Shown here piece after piece: positions 29,324 through 37,845 of a DNA stretch of 64,000 nucleotides. The notes beneath the pieces are model-generated. The model worked only from the letters and a program-made list of their open reading frames with translations, made no database searches and was not told where the DNA came from. How positions within the stretch are numbered: the first letter of the stretch is position 1; each line of letters opens with the position of its first letter. This stretch comes from a virus: the IMG/VR virus record IMGVR_UViG_3300050144_000109, positions 32,001 through 96,000 of that record; one strand, written 5' to 3'. The translations under genes and the position numbers were made by a program.

Positions 29324-30865
29324 TTACAGGGGCGCCAGCTGAATGATCAGATTAGCAATGATTACTTTGATGTCGTTTGGGCAACTCAGTCGAGTCATGC
29401 CTTCGTACCCAGTGACCAGTTTGATTTTCTCTGGACTCATGCGAAGCGTCCAGTCATTGGCACTGAGTTCCTCATTGAACTTGTCAATGGCTTTGATGAT
29501 GGGATTGATCTGCTTACTCTTGATGCTCGATCCTTGTGGAATAACAGAAATGGGGAATAACTTCTCGATCTCTGCAACGGTTTCAATAGGTAGGCGTACA
29601 CGTGAAGAGTTCCCCCCTACAAATGTCACTTGATCATCCAGCATGGCCACACCACCAACGATGCCTGCCAGCGAATGGTAGTTGTTCTGCCACAGCCATG
29701 TCTGAGCCACTGCAATGGCATTGAGCAACTCTTTCTTCTTGAGCAACACAACGCCCCGAGGAGAGATGACACGCTTCAATACAAACTGAACCAGTGTGAC
29801 TTGGATAGTGGAGATGCGCGCATTCACCAATCCCAAAGCTTGTTGGTAGAACTCATCCAGCAGCCGCATGTCCATCTTCGAGTCTAGCTTAGAGGCCACC
29901 CGGAGAATGTCAGACATGTAGACATTGAACATGGTCTTGTCGCCAATACTGATCGACTGTGAGATCTTGTAGGCTTCCATGTTGCTGGCCTTGTTCTCAT
30001 CAGACCCAGACGAATCAGACGTTGTCTTAGGTTTGACCATGTCCGCATACTTCGTGGGAGCACTACCGTTTTGGTGCTGCTTCACGTAGTAGTACATGGC
30101 CGTGATGACGTTGGATTCTGCACCAACAGGATTCACAGGCGCCATGGCAAACTTACTCACGACCAAGGAAGCCAAAAGCTTCGCAGGATAGTCCTCAGTA
30201 CCCGTGCCATTGATCATCACATTCAGAGAGTTGTCACCCCCCTTGCCAATGGATGCATTGATGTATCGTTCCAGCTTTGCGATCGAGTCCAAGTTGGGCA
30301 CATAACTGTCCTTGAGCAGCATGTAAGCAAAGTATTCCTTGTAGTCGCCAATCTGGCTGGCAGTATGGTGCATGAATTCTGTCCAGATGGGTACCATCAC
30401 CTTGAACAGTACAAGTGAAGCAACCAGCTTGATGTAATCCTCACGAAGATAAGTCTGGTCACGGCTGCCAGGCTTCTCGTCTGAAGAGTCATACTCCGCA
30501 GTGCACTTCTCAGGGATGTGTACGTACGGGTCTAAACTGATCTTCCTTCGCAGTGCTTCGAAATCATGGAGCCCGATCAACTCCGCAACTGGAGTGATCA
30601 GACCCTGGATGAGGTAGTTGATGTCAAACGTGTCTTCAATGACGGCCTTGATTTCAAACATCTTGTTGAAGATGTCGCCTTGCTTTTGGATAGGAAGTTC
30701 TTTCCAGAACTCATTGATGTACCCAAAGATGTCAGTGTCGCTCTGCAGCTTCTTCTCTTGGGAGCGATCCGTGATCCGAAACAACAGATACCGAACATCC
30801 GCGCTCACAGGGTGTGAACAACGAATGTACATGGCGCCTTCATCATGGAGTAAATCCATATGCAT
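29324..30865 (-). CDS. nvRNAP promoter-specificity (sigma-like) subunit (phiKZ gp68-like)
   Basis: 513 aa, QTYLREDYIKL motif, position in the nvRNAP block. Confidence 0.78.
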   Translation of the reverse strand: MHMDLLHDEGAMYIRCSHPVSADVRYLLFRITDRSQEKKLQSDTDIFGYINEFWKELPIQKQGDIFNKMFEIKAVIEDTFDINYLIQGLITPVAELIGLHDFEALRRKISLDPYVHIPEKCTAEYDSSDEKPGSRDQTYLREDYIKLVASLVLFKVMVPIWTEFMHHTASQIGDYKEYFAYMLLKDSYVPNLDSIAKLERYINASIGKGGDNSLNVMINGTGTEDYPAKLLASLVVSKFAMAPVNPVGAESNVITAMYYYVKQHQNGSAPTKYADMVKPKTTSDSSGSDENKASNMEAYKISQSISIGDKTMFNVYMSDILRVASKLDSKMDMRLLDEFYQQALGLVNARISTIQVTLVQFVLKRVISPRGVVLLKKKELLNAIAVAQTWLWQNNYHSLAGIVGGVAMLDDQVTFVGGNSSRVRLPIETVAEIEKLFPISVIPQGSSIKSKQINPIIKAIDKFNEELSANDWTLRMSPEKIKLVTGYEGMTRLSCPNDIKVIIANLIIQLAPL

Positions 30866-30908
30866 TTATGTGCTCCTACAGTAAGAGATTGAGCTTTCTG
30901 GGCTCTAT

Positions 30909-30940
30909 TCAATAATGTGTAATTGTGATTTTTTGCAATC
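30909..30940 (-). promoter_or_regulatory. Putative early promoter
   Basis: Minus strand gattgcaaaaaatcacaattacacattattg. Confidence 0.65.
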
Positions 30941-30950
30941 TTATTAAGCG

Positions 30951-30994
30951 GCCCTCTACCCTACTGCGAGCAGCCGCGCAGTAGGGTAGAGGGC
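30951..30994 (-). terminator. Stem-loop after chmC
   Basis: gccctctaccctactgcg...cgcagtagggtagagggc, 18-bp stem. Confidence 0.7.
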
Positions 30995-31032
30995 ACACTA
31001 GAAGACTATTTGAACAGTCTAAGCTTCTTCAA

Positions 31033-31773
31033 TTAGAACGGAATGTCATCGGACATACTGTCATCAGCTGCTGGCTTTTGGGAGTACCCTCCACCACCTT
31101 GGTTGCCCTTGTTATAGCCACCGCCACCGCCGCCATATTGCTTGTTACCACCGTAGCCACCGCCACCTTTGCCCTTGTTGAAGTCAGGAGCAGGCGGAGG
31201 AACGAATTCATCGACCATGATGATTGAGGCCATTTGCTCCCAAGACATCACAAAACTCTCAGCTGTTAATTGGGAGATCTCAGACTTGCTGAAAGAGCTG
31301 CCATTGCCGTGGAACATCGGATGGTAACGCGTGTCCCGAGGAGCAAAGTTGAACTTGATCACCGGACGGTTGGCGGCGTTCTTTGCCAGAACAGAGATGA
31401 AGATCATGCCTTCATCATCACGACCCACCCACACGTCCGAGATGTGGGAGAGTTCTTGCGCACGCTGACCATTGACACGGTCGTAGTTGTGACATTCGAT
31501 CTTCCACTTCTCAGCCTTGGTGGCTGCGATGGCACGCTTGAGTAAGATGATCAGCATGTTGAACACTTGCGGGTTCAGTGCAGCTTGAATGCGACCATAG
31601 TCGATGCTTTGGTCAGCCGGGTCACCGGTACGCACGACCAGGCGCGGGCTACCGTTGTAGAAGTCCAACAGTAGCGTGGAGAACTTACCCTTGGCGGTGG
31701 GGCAAGGCGCACTGAGTTGCATGTGCGTGCTAGAGAACACAGACTTCTTCTTAGGGGTAACGTTGTCAGACAT
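31033..31773 (-). CDS. chmC: ChmC-like nucleic-acid-binding protein (phiKZ gp67-like) with Gly-rich tail
   Basis: Directly upstream of the gp68-like gene; folded N-domain plus GGGGY-rich tail ending DDIPF; aggag RBS before MSDNV. Confidence 0.7.
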   Translation of the reverse strand: MSDNVTPKKKSVFSSTHMQLSAPCPTAKGKFSTLLLDFYNGSPRLVVRTGDPADQSIDYGRIQAALNPQVFNMLIILLKRAIAATKAEKWKIECHNYDRVNGQRAQELSHISDVWVGRDDEGMIFISVLAKNAANRPVIKFNFAPRDTRYHPMFHGNGSSFSKSEISQLTAESFVMSWEQMASIIMVDEFVPPPAPDFNKGKGGGGYGGNKQYGGGGGGYNKGNQGGGGYSQKPAADDSMSDDIPF

Positions 31774-31875
31774 TTGAAAAGGACTCCTGGATGGAAAAGG
31801 AAAGGTACAATGAGTCAGGCTGCAGATGTTCCTGACTACATGCAATGGTTGCTTTGGGTTTATTTTCCCAACGAA

Positions 31876-32727
31876 TCAAGTCATCTCGCTCAAGATGGAC
31901 CTGTAGAATGGATTGCTAATCATAGACAATCCCAAATGAATGCGGTCTTTGGTGGTGGCGAAACTCCAGTTGTATTTCTCAGCAATGCCCAAGATTTCTT
32001 GCCTCAGCTTTTTGTCGTGTGGGTGGAAGATGGTGGAGTCCCCAAAGACTTGCAGGAATAGCTCGTTGAACGGAATACGCATGCTCTCTTTGTGATCGGA
32101 GAACTTGGTATACCAAAGCGCTTTGGACTTCAGCACGCCTGTGTGGGACTCTAGCAAGTCCAGGCTCTTGAAATCCCTGCTACTGAGCAAGTCATACGCA
32201 TAATGCGTCAGAACCAATCCACGAATCCTTTTGTCTGGATGAATCAGTCCAGAGAAATGTTTCATGGTCTCGGTGACCGGTCTACCTTCATAGAACTTGG
32301 TCAGCACTTTACCAATCAGCTTGGTCGTGCGCATCTGCAATTCAGTGTTGTCTGTCCTGAACCGAGCGTGCTTGTACTTGTGTTTGATGTCGTACACACT
32401 GGTATAGAAGACTATCTTGAGGCCAGCATCCCAAACCCTGAAGACATCCCGAAGAATGTCGACTTCTTCTTCCAGTACAGCAGTCCATTCTTCCACCTTG
32501 ATCTGGTCTAACGTATTCCTTTCTACAGAACCATACAGATTCCTGAACAGTGTCAGCACATTGATCCAGACCTCATCGTAGTTCTTCAAATCAATCCCAC
32601 CAGGAATGACCCGGTCGGGATCAAACACAGGCTTAGGACCCACTGCAATAGACTCCAGCGCAAGCGCAGTGCCAATCGACAATGAGTAAGAGCTCATCGC
32701 TCTGTTTGACAAAGCGCTCACTATCAT
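31876..32727 (-). CDS. Conserved core protein (phiKZ gp66-like)
   Basis: LSIGTALALES, INVLTLFRN, LLESHTG motifs; follows sbcD. Confidence 0.7.
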   Translation of the reverse strand: MIVSALSNRAMSSYSLSIGTALALESIAVGPKPVFDPDRVIPGGIDLKNYDEVWINVLTLFRNLYGSVERNTLDQIKVEEWTAVLEEEVDILRDVFRVWDAGLKIVFYTSVYDIKHKYKHARFRTDNTELQMRTTKLIGKVLTKFYEGRPVTETMKHFSGLIHPDKRIRGLVLTHYAYDLLSSRDFKSLDLLESHTGVLKSKALWYTKFSDHKESMRIPFNELFLQVFGDSTIFHPHDKKLRQEILGIAEKYNWSFATTKDRIHLGLSMISNPFYRSILSEMT

Positions 32728-32728
32728 T

Positions 32729-33865
32729 TCAAATGACCTCCTCAAGTCTCAGCATGGCAGATTCGTACACATCTTTCTCAGCACCAGCGCCCAGCAGCCG
32801 TTCACTGACCAGTTGCATGATCGTGTTCCTGTTGATGATGATGGGTGTGTACGTACTCTTCTCAGTGATGATGGGGCTTGCTTTGACACTGAGTTCTTTG
32901 AACAAAAACCCCCAGTGGATGAAGCTGTTGATTTCCCGAAGTGCCTGTTCAGCACGACTGAGCGCATTCGTTTTCTCAGTCAGAATTCTGACATAGCTGT
33001 CCGCAGGAAGCTTCTTGATTTTGTTAGCCAAGTACAACAAGTTCTGTTCTAGATCCTCACCAAAACAGGTCAGTGTCACATACTTCTTGGCATTCTTATT
33101 TTCAATGAAGTTGCATTGGTAGCTATCGTCCCGGCGCACAATGGCTTTCAAGTAACCCTTGGCTACTTCATCACCATGACACAATCTGTCAAATGAACCT
33201 TGTGCATAAATCCTCTCGAAGTTAGAGTACATGTGTACATGACCAATGAAGATCAGCTGTTTTACAATGCGCATGTAGTCCTGCTCATTGTGCTTGAACC
33301 GGGTATTACTGACTTCAGGTACTTGGTACTGGAACATGCCATGCATGAAGGCGTGGTCGACTTGCGTCAACCCTCTCGCCTCCATCAGCCCCATTACTTC
33401 AGCAAATGTGTCTGCACTGTCATGGTGCCACTCGTCAGGCACATAGAGCACGTCAATGTTCAAAGCCTCGATGTGTTCGATGCTCAGATCAGCCACGTAC
33501 TTCATGTCCAAACCAGGGTAGTCCAAAGACCGCACTGTTTCAAACACCATGCTTTGTTTGCGGTCATGGCTAGGGGTTCCCTCTAGGACCCGCACCACCA
33601 CACCCAACTCCAAACACAGCTTCAGTGTACGCCAAACCCAGCGAATCACCAGATCCACATCCGCATCATGCGCCTGCATGGCATCATCAAACACGTCGCC
33701 TGCAAACACCAAGAGATCCACATCCATCAGTGCTTGCTTATTGGTGAGCACTTCATCCAAGTGTTCGATGATTTCATTCGTCTTTGTCCTTGGGTGGTGC
33801 AAGTGAATGTCACTCACCACCACCATGACATACTCACCAGTCGAATTCAGACTCTTCTTGTACAT
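32729..33865 (-). CDS. sbcD: SbcD/Mre11-like metallophosphoesterase nuclease
   Basis: SDIHL, GDVFD, GTPSHD, HGMF, GHVH motifs; start codon uncertain. Confidence 0.88.
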   Translation of the reverse strand: MYKKSLNSTGEYVMVVVSDIHLHHPRTKTNEIIEHLDEVLTNKQALMDVDLLVFAGDVFDDAMQAHDADVDLVIRWVWRTLKLCLELGVVVRVLEGTPSHDRKQSMVFETVRSLDYPGLDMKYVADLSIEHIEALNIDVLYVPDEWHHDSADTFAEVMGLMEARGLTQVDHAFMHGMFQYQVPEVSNTRFKHNEQDYMRIVKQLIFIGHVHMYSNFERIYAQGSFDRLCHGDEVAKGYLKAIVRRDDSYQCNFIENKNAKKYVTLTCFGEDLEQNLLYLANKIKKLPADSYVRILTEKTNALSRAEQALREINSFIHWGFLFKELSVKASPIITEKSTYTPIIINRNTIMQLVSERLLGAGAEKDVYESAMLRLEEVI

Positions 33866-34403
33866 GCACAGCATCCTTGCTTTGCTGACCAGACCCAATG
33901 AGTGGCTTCTTGTAGTGTGCAAACACCTTGTTCCAAGCTTTGCATGCCTCTTCCGTGGTCGAACCCTGTGTCATGAGTCCGACTTTCTTGTTCAAGTCTT
34001 CTTGGATCATACGCTCACCCAGCGTATGGTGAATGGTCATGCGCTCTTGTGCCAAGCGAATCGTGTAAGCAGTCAAAGACTCCCGGTCCACAATCGGCTT
34101 GAACACACTTGCATCACAGATCCCAGGTACCACCACCACGACAGTGCCCTTCTGATCCACCACGTTCACCTCGCCCCAATTGGTGCCAGCAATGGTGAAC
34201 CAGTTGGAGAGCTTGGTGCGGGTATCCTGCACACTGAGCTTTTCCTCACCACAAAAGAAAGGCAAAAAGTTCTCGACAAACAAATACTCCGGAATGGTTC
34301 GGGTCAGCACACCCCCCATCTTTGCAAAGTCCCGACGACTCTCGTTGATCTTCTTTTGCAACTCGGCTCGGTTGTTCAGTGTGATTGCGTCCATTTCAGC
34401 CAT
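33834..34403 (-). CDS. Conserved hypothetical protein
   Basis: 189-aa ORF in the core block (IPEYLFVENFLPFF). Confidence 0.7.
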   Translation of the reverse strand: MAEMDAITLNNRAELQKKINESRRDFAKMGGVLTRTIPEYLFVENFLPFFCGEEKLSVQDTRTKLSNWFTIAGTNWGEVNVVDQKGTVVVVVPGICDASVFKPIVDRESLTAYTIRLAQERMTIHHTLGERMIQEDLNKKVGLMTQGSTTEEACKAWNKVFAHYKKPLIGSGQQSKDAVHVQEESEFDW

Positions 34404-34511
34404 GGCTTATTCTTCCCAAATTGAAATATGCAGGACATAAGAGGCTCCCCCAATAGAAGCCATCCACTTGTGTCGGCACAGATGATGAATGGCTTTGATC
34501 AATTCTCACAG

Positions 34512-34919
34512 TCACCCGTTGTTCTGGCGGATCACCTCATCAATCTTACCCTCAGAAGTCACTACAATGTCACCAGCCACCCTGTATTTGCCAGCATCAT
34601 TCACCCCTACCACAATCTTCAAAGAAGCTGTCGTAGCGCTTATGTCACTCGCGCTCACCACACTCACCTCCACGTTCACTTTGTCAAAATGCTTGCCCAA
34701 GTAAAGGTGTAAAGCCTCCTCAATCTTAGGAGCCGCCATACTGGCCTTATTACCTACTAGCTGTAAGATCCTAGGCAAACTCACAATTTGCTCAGCATAC
34801 AAGTCAGATTGTTTGTAGTCACTGTAATAGAAGTAACTCAGTAACCTATCCAACTTGTTAGGAACATCCTTCACCCATCCCATCGAATCCATCGTAGGGA
34901 CCACAATCATCACAGTCAT
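34512..34919 (-). CDS. Conserved hypothetical protein (possibly gp25/wedge-like)
   Basis: 135-aa ORF with ggag RBS. Confidence 0.6.
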   Translation of the reverse strand: MTVMIVVPTMDSMGWVKDVPNKLDRLLSYFYYSDYKQSDLYAEQIVSLPRILQLVGNKASMAAPKIEEALHLYLGKHFDKVNVEVSVVSASDISATTASLKIVVGVNDAGKYRVAGDIVVTSEGKIDEVIRQNNG

Positions 34920-35002
34920 TTACCATACTCCAGAAAAGAAAATACATAAAGCCAGTAGAGCCCCATGCAAAAGGGCTCTACTGTGCTTTACTGGTACTTC
35001 AA

Positions 35003-35620
35003 TTACAACATGCCACCAGCAGGATCAGTAGGATCTTCATCCAGTCGAGCCATGATGGTATCCAGACAATGCCAGGACGCCAGAATGTCACGCTGCTCAC
35101 GAATACCCAACTCACGGTCATCCTCAGGAATCATTTCACTGATCTGAGTCAACACATGCCCACCATCCTCGTCTTCAATCAAGACTTCATTCACCACACG
35201 GCGGTAGTCATAGTGTTCCATACCAATCTTCTCCGGTTCATTGTCAATGTAAGTGCTACTCCAACCGTCGCAGCGTTGTTCGTTGCGTAGCTTGCGCAGC
35301 ACAGGGTTTGACATCATCCAACGTTGCATGGCCATACTGGCATTCTGGAAGTCATCACAGAAGTACAGGCCAATCACTTGGCCTGTGTCAATGTGCGTCT
35401 GTGCAAAGCTGTTCGCTGCAATCTGACGTGCATACTCCAGCGCAGCATCAGAAGTGTTGATCTGAAACTGTGTTTGTGCTTGTTCGTAAAACGCTGCTTT
35501 CCGAGCGTCTAGCATGGGTCCCATCTGCTGAAACTGACTCTGCAAATAGGCAATGCTACTGTCGCTTTTTGGTGGGTATAGGAGCGCATCAAAAGCACTC
35601 CTGGCGTTTGCTTGAAACAT
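35003..35620 (-). CDS. Conserved hypothetical protein
   Basis: 205-aa ORF following the beta' gene (MQRWMMSNP, HYDYRRV). Confidence 0.7.
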   Translation of the reverse strand: MFQANARSAFDALLYPPKSDSSIAYLQSQFQQMGPMLDARKAAFYEQAQTQFQINTSDAALEYARQIAANSFAQTHIDTGQVIGLYFCDDFQNASMAMQRWMMSNPVLRKLRNEQRCDGWSSTYIDNEPEKIGMEHYDYRRVVNEVLIEDEDGGHVLTQISEMIPEDDRELGIREQRDILASWHCLDTIMARLDEDPTDPAGGML

Positions 35621-35651
35621 CCTTTTCTTCCTTTTCTTCTTTACTTACTTT

Positions 35652-36002
35652 TCAAGTCAGACTCATCAAGAAATCAATGTTCTCCTGTGTCACGGGTTGA
35701 GTGCGAACAGTACCGTACCACGTCAGCACGGTACTTACCAAGGGCCTAGGTAGGCTGGCAGCATCGCTGAGTTGCCTAGGGTCATTATCAGAGAAGAAGT
35801 TCATGTGGGGTGCCAGGGGCTTCATGGCGTCTGCCATGTAGTTATCCGTGGCAATGAACAAATTCATGGCGTCACCGTCAAAATCAGCATTGAACGTCTT
35901 GACGTCCAGAATAGACATTGTGATCGTGTGATCGTCTGGGTCATCCTTGATGACTGTGATTCGGACCAGTTGACAAGATGCTTTTGTTAAGTTGGGGTTT
36001 CT
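35652..36002 (-). CDS. rpoC: nvRNAP beta' N-terminal catalytic subunit (phiKZ gp55/56.1-like), exon 2
   Basis: RNPNLTKAS...FNADFDGDAMN catalytic motif. Confidence 0.92.
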   Translation of the reverse strand, partial: RNPNLTKASCQLVRITVIKDDPDDHTITMSILDVKTFNADFDGDAMNLFIATDNYMADAMKPLAPHMNFFSDNDPRQLSDAASLPRPLVSTVLTWYGTVRTQPVTQENIDFLMSLT

Positions 36003-36407
36003 CTTATTGTCCGATTGTGGTGGTGAATCACAACCCGGTGTGCTTAGACACCCGCCAACACTTTCATGCTGGAACAGACCATCTCATACTCCTTCCTCAG
36101 ACCTGAGGTTAGGAGCCCTTCTGTTTCGCCTGATTAACCAATCAAGCTACGCTACTGGCTTCCATGCAGAACTTCTCTGCACGTGCTGTCGCTGGCCGTT
36201 GAACTCGCACCATGGATCTTATTCAGACCTGTAGGTGATCAGCTGCGTGGTTACCCAATCCATCATCTTTGTTACCGTACCTGAGTAGTTACTTCAGCCA
36301 CCAATGTCTTTCGAATCACTGGTTTGGTAGATGAGGCCCTATAGGGCTTTCCCGTCAATTAAGAAGGTTTTGCACTGGCTATCTCTAACCAGGGGAACTA
36401 ATCATTA
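36003..36407 (-). mobile_element. Group I intron (405 nt, no ORF) in nvRNAP beta' gene
   Basis: Exon ends in U; P1 ggaaU/Gttcc. P aattgacgggaa, Q ggtaaccacgcagc, R gttcaacggcca, S gagatggtc, terminal G at 36003. Splicing restores GYWN|RNPNL (NRxPxL motif). Confidence 0.92.
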
Positions 36408-37553
36408 ATTCCAGTATCCCCAAAGACACTTGTCGCGTGACTCAGCAAGCAACTCATCAAACACTTCGCGAATCAACTTGTGCCAGCTCACAAGTAGTGG
36501 ATTGTCAGGAGAAGGTTTATACACCACCGCCTGCGTGATCTGTTCAATGTCGTTGATGGTGTAGCCACGCCGCATCAACTTGTTGGCAATGTGCAGCTTC
36601 AAACACGTTACTGCTGCTGCCCAGGGCAGGTGTAACTCGTCGTACTGGTGGCGCTTCGTGTTGGAGGTGATCACAGCACGGATAGAGAACCCATTTCTAG
36701 ATCCAAACACATGCTTGCGGAAAGCTCCTCCCTTACTGGCCAGGAATTCTCCGTAGAAGTCTTCATAGAAACGAAAGCATTGGAAGAGTACCTTGGCTGT
36801 TCGGTTCTCTTTTTGCCTGAGGCTCAAGCCAGACAGCGGGGTATCGATGGATCGCATCGCTTTGATGGCATCAATCATGCCGGCGATATTCCTGTCCACA
36901 TAGACTGCACTTTTGCTTTGCTCCACAATCAGCAGTGCTTTGTTGGGCAGCGGAATGTAGTCAGAGAACAGGTACTGTTTGTTTTTCTGGATGAGTTCAC
37001 GAACTGAGTTACTATCGTTGTTCTTATCCTTGAAGATTTTACAATTAAAGAGAATGTCCATGTACTTGTCAAAGTTATTGACAAAGTTGTTGTAACCTCT
37101 TTGGATGCCTGCATCTGCTAGCAACCCCAAGTCACGTACACGGGTTCCTTTCATGTCGTTGTAGCTGGGATTGCAAATCCATTCCAGGTAGTTGAACTTA
37201 CTCTTGGTGAAGTAAGCGGAGATCATCCCAAGTAAGTCAGGATTGATGAGCTTGGCAACTCCTTCTGGTCGCCTGAACCAAACCAGTGGCTTGAGCTCTT
37301 CGATGATGCCATCGACTACTGGGGTCCTGCAATTTGGACAGATGACACCGATATTGTATTCTCTTGTAGTTTGTCCGCATTCACACGAAGGCTCGATGTT
37401 CATGACATCACCTTCATGCAAGCTGAATGTCATTCTATCGACGCTTCTCTTCTCTTCTTCAGTAACCCCCGGAAGATCGTTGAGGGTGATGGGGTCCTTT
37501 GCCATTGAGTGAAATAACAGATCATGACCAATGTTTTCTTTGTAGGTACCCAT
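36408..37553 (-). CDS. rpoC: nvRNAP beta' N-terminal subunit, exon 1 (spliced product 498 aa)
   Basis: Zinc site CECG...CPNC, KGGAFRKHVFGSR, RAVITS. Confidence 0.92.
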
Positions 37554-37700
37554 TGGGAGTGCTTCCTTTTTCTTCAGTGGTTGGAGAGACTAGGATAGAG
37601 GCGTCATAGTAGCAAGTAGATGGAAGACAAACTCCATCTACTTGCTAGAAGACGAACCCCAATGAACACGGCAGGTACATCCTATTCCTGGTATTCACTA

Positions 37701-37731
37701 AGATGATATACGGTTGTGATTTTTTGCAATC
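37701..37731 (-). promoter_or_regulatory. Putative early promoter for the beta' gene
   Basis: Minus strand gattgcaaaaaatcacaaccgtatatcatct. Confidence 0.68.
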
Positions 37732-37763
37732 ATAAAGTCCCAGGATCCGGACAAAAAAGAAGC

Positions 37764-37807
37764 CGTGTCGTTCTAAGCCAGGCATGACCCCAGCTTAGAA
37801 CGACACG
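37764..37807 (-). terminator. Intrinsic terminator after chimallin
   Basis: cgtgtcgttctaagc...gcttagaacgacacg, followed on the minus strand by a U-run. Confidence 0.8.
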
Positions 37808-37845
37808 AGCAACTAGACTTACTTGTTACTGAACAGAGTCAGCGA

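Noticed and set aside
35992-36234. 80-aa plus-strand ORF as an intron-encoded endonuclease
   Set aside because: Antisense to the intron core and has no HNH, GIY-YIG or LAGLIDADG motif.
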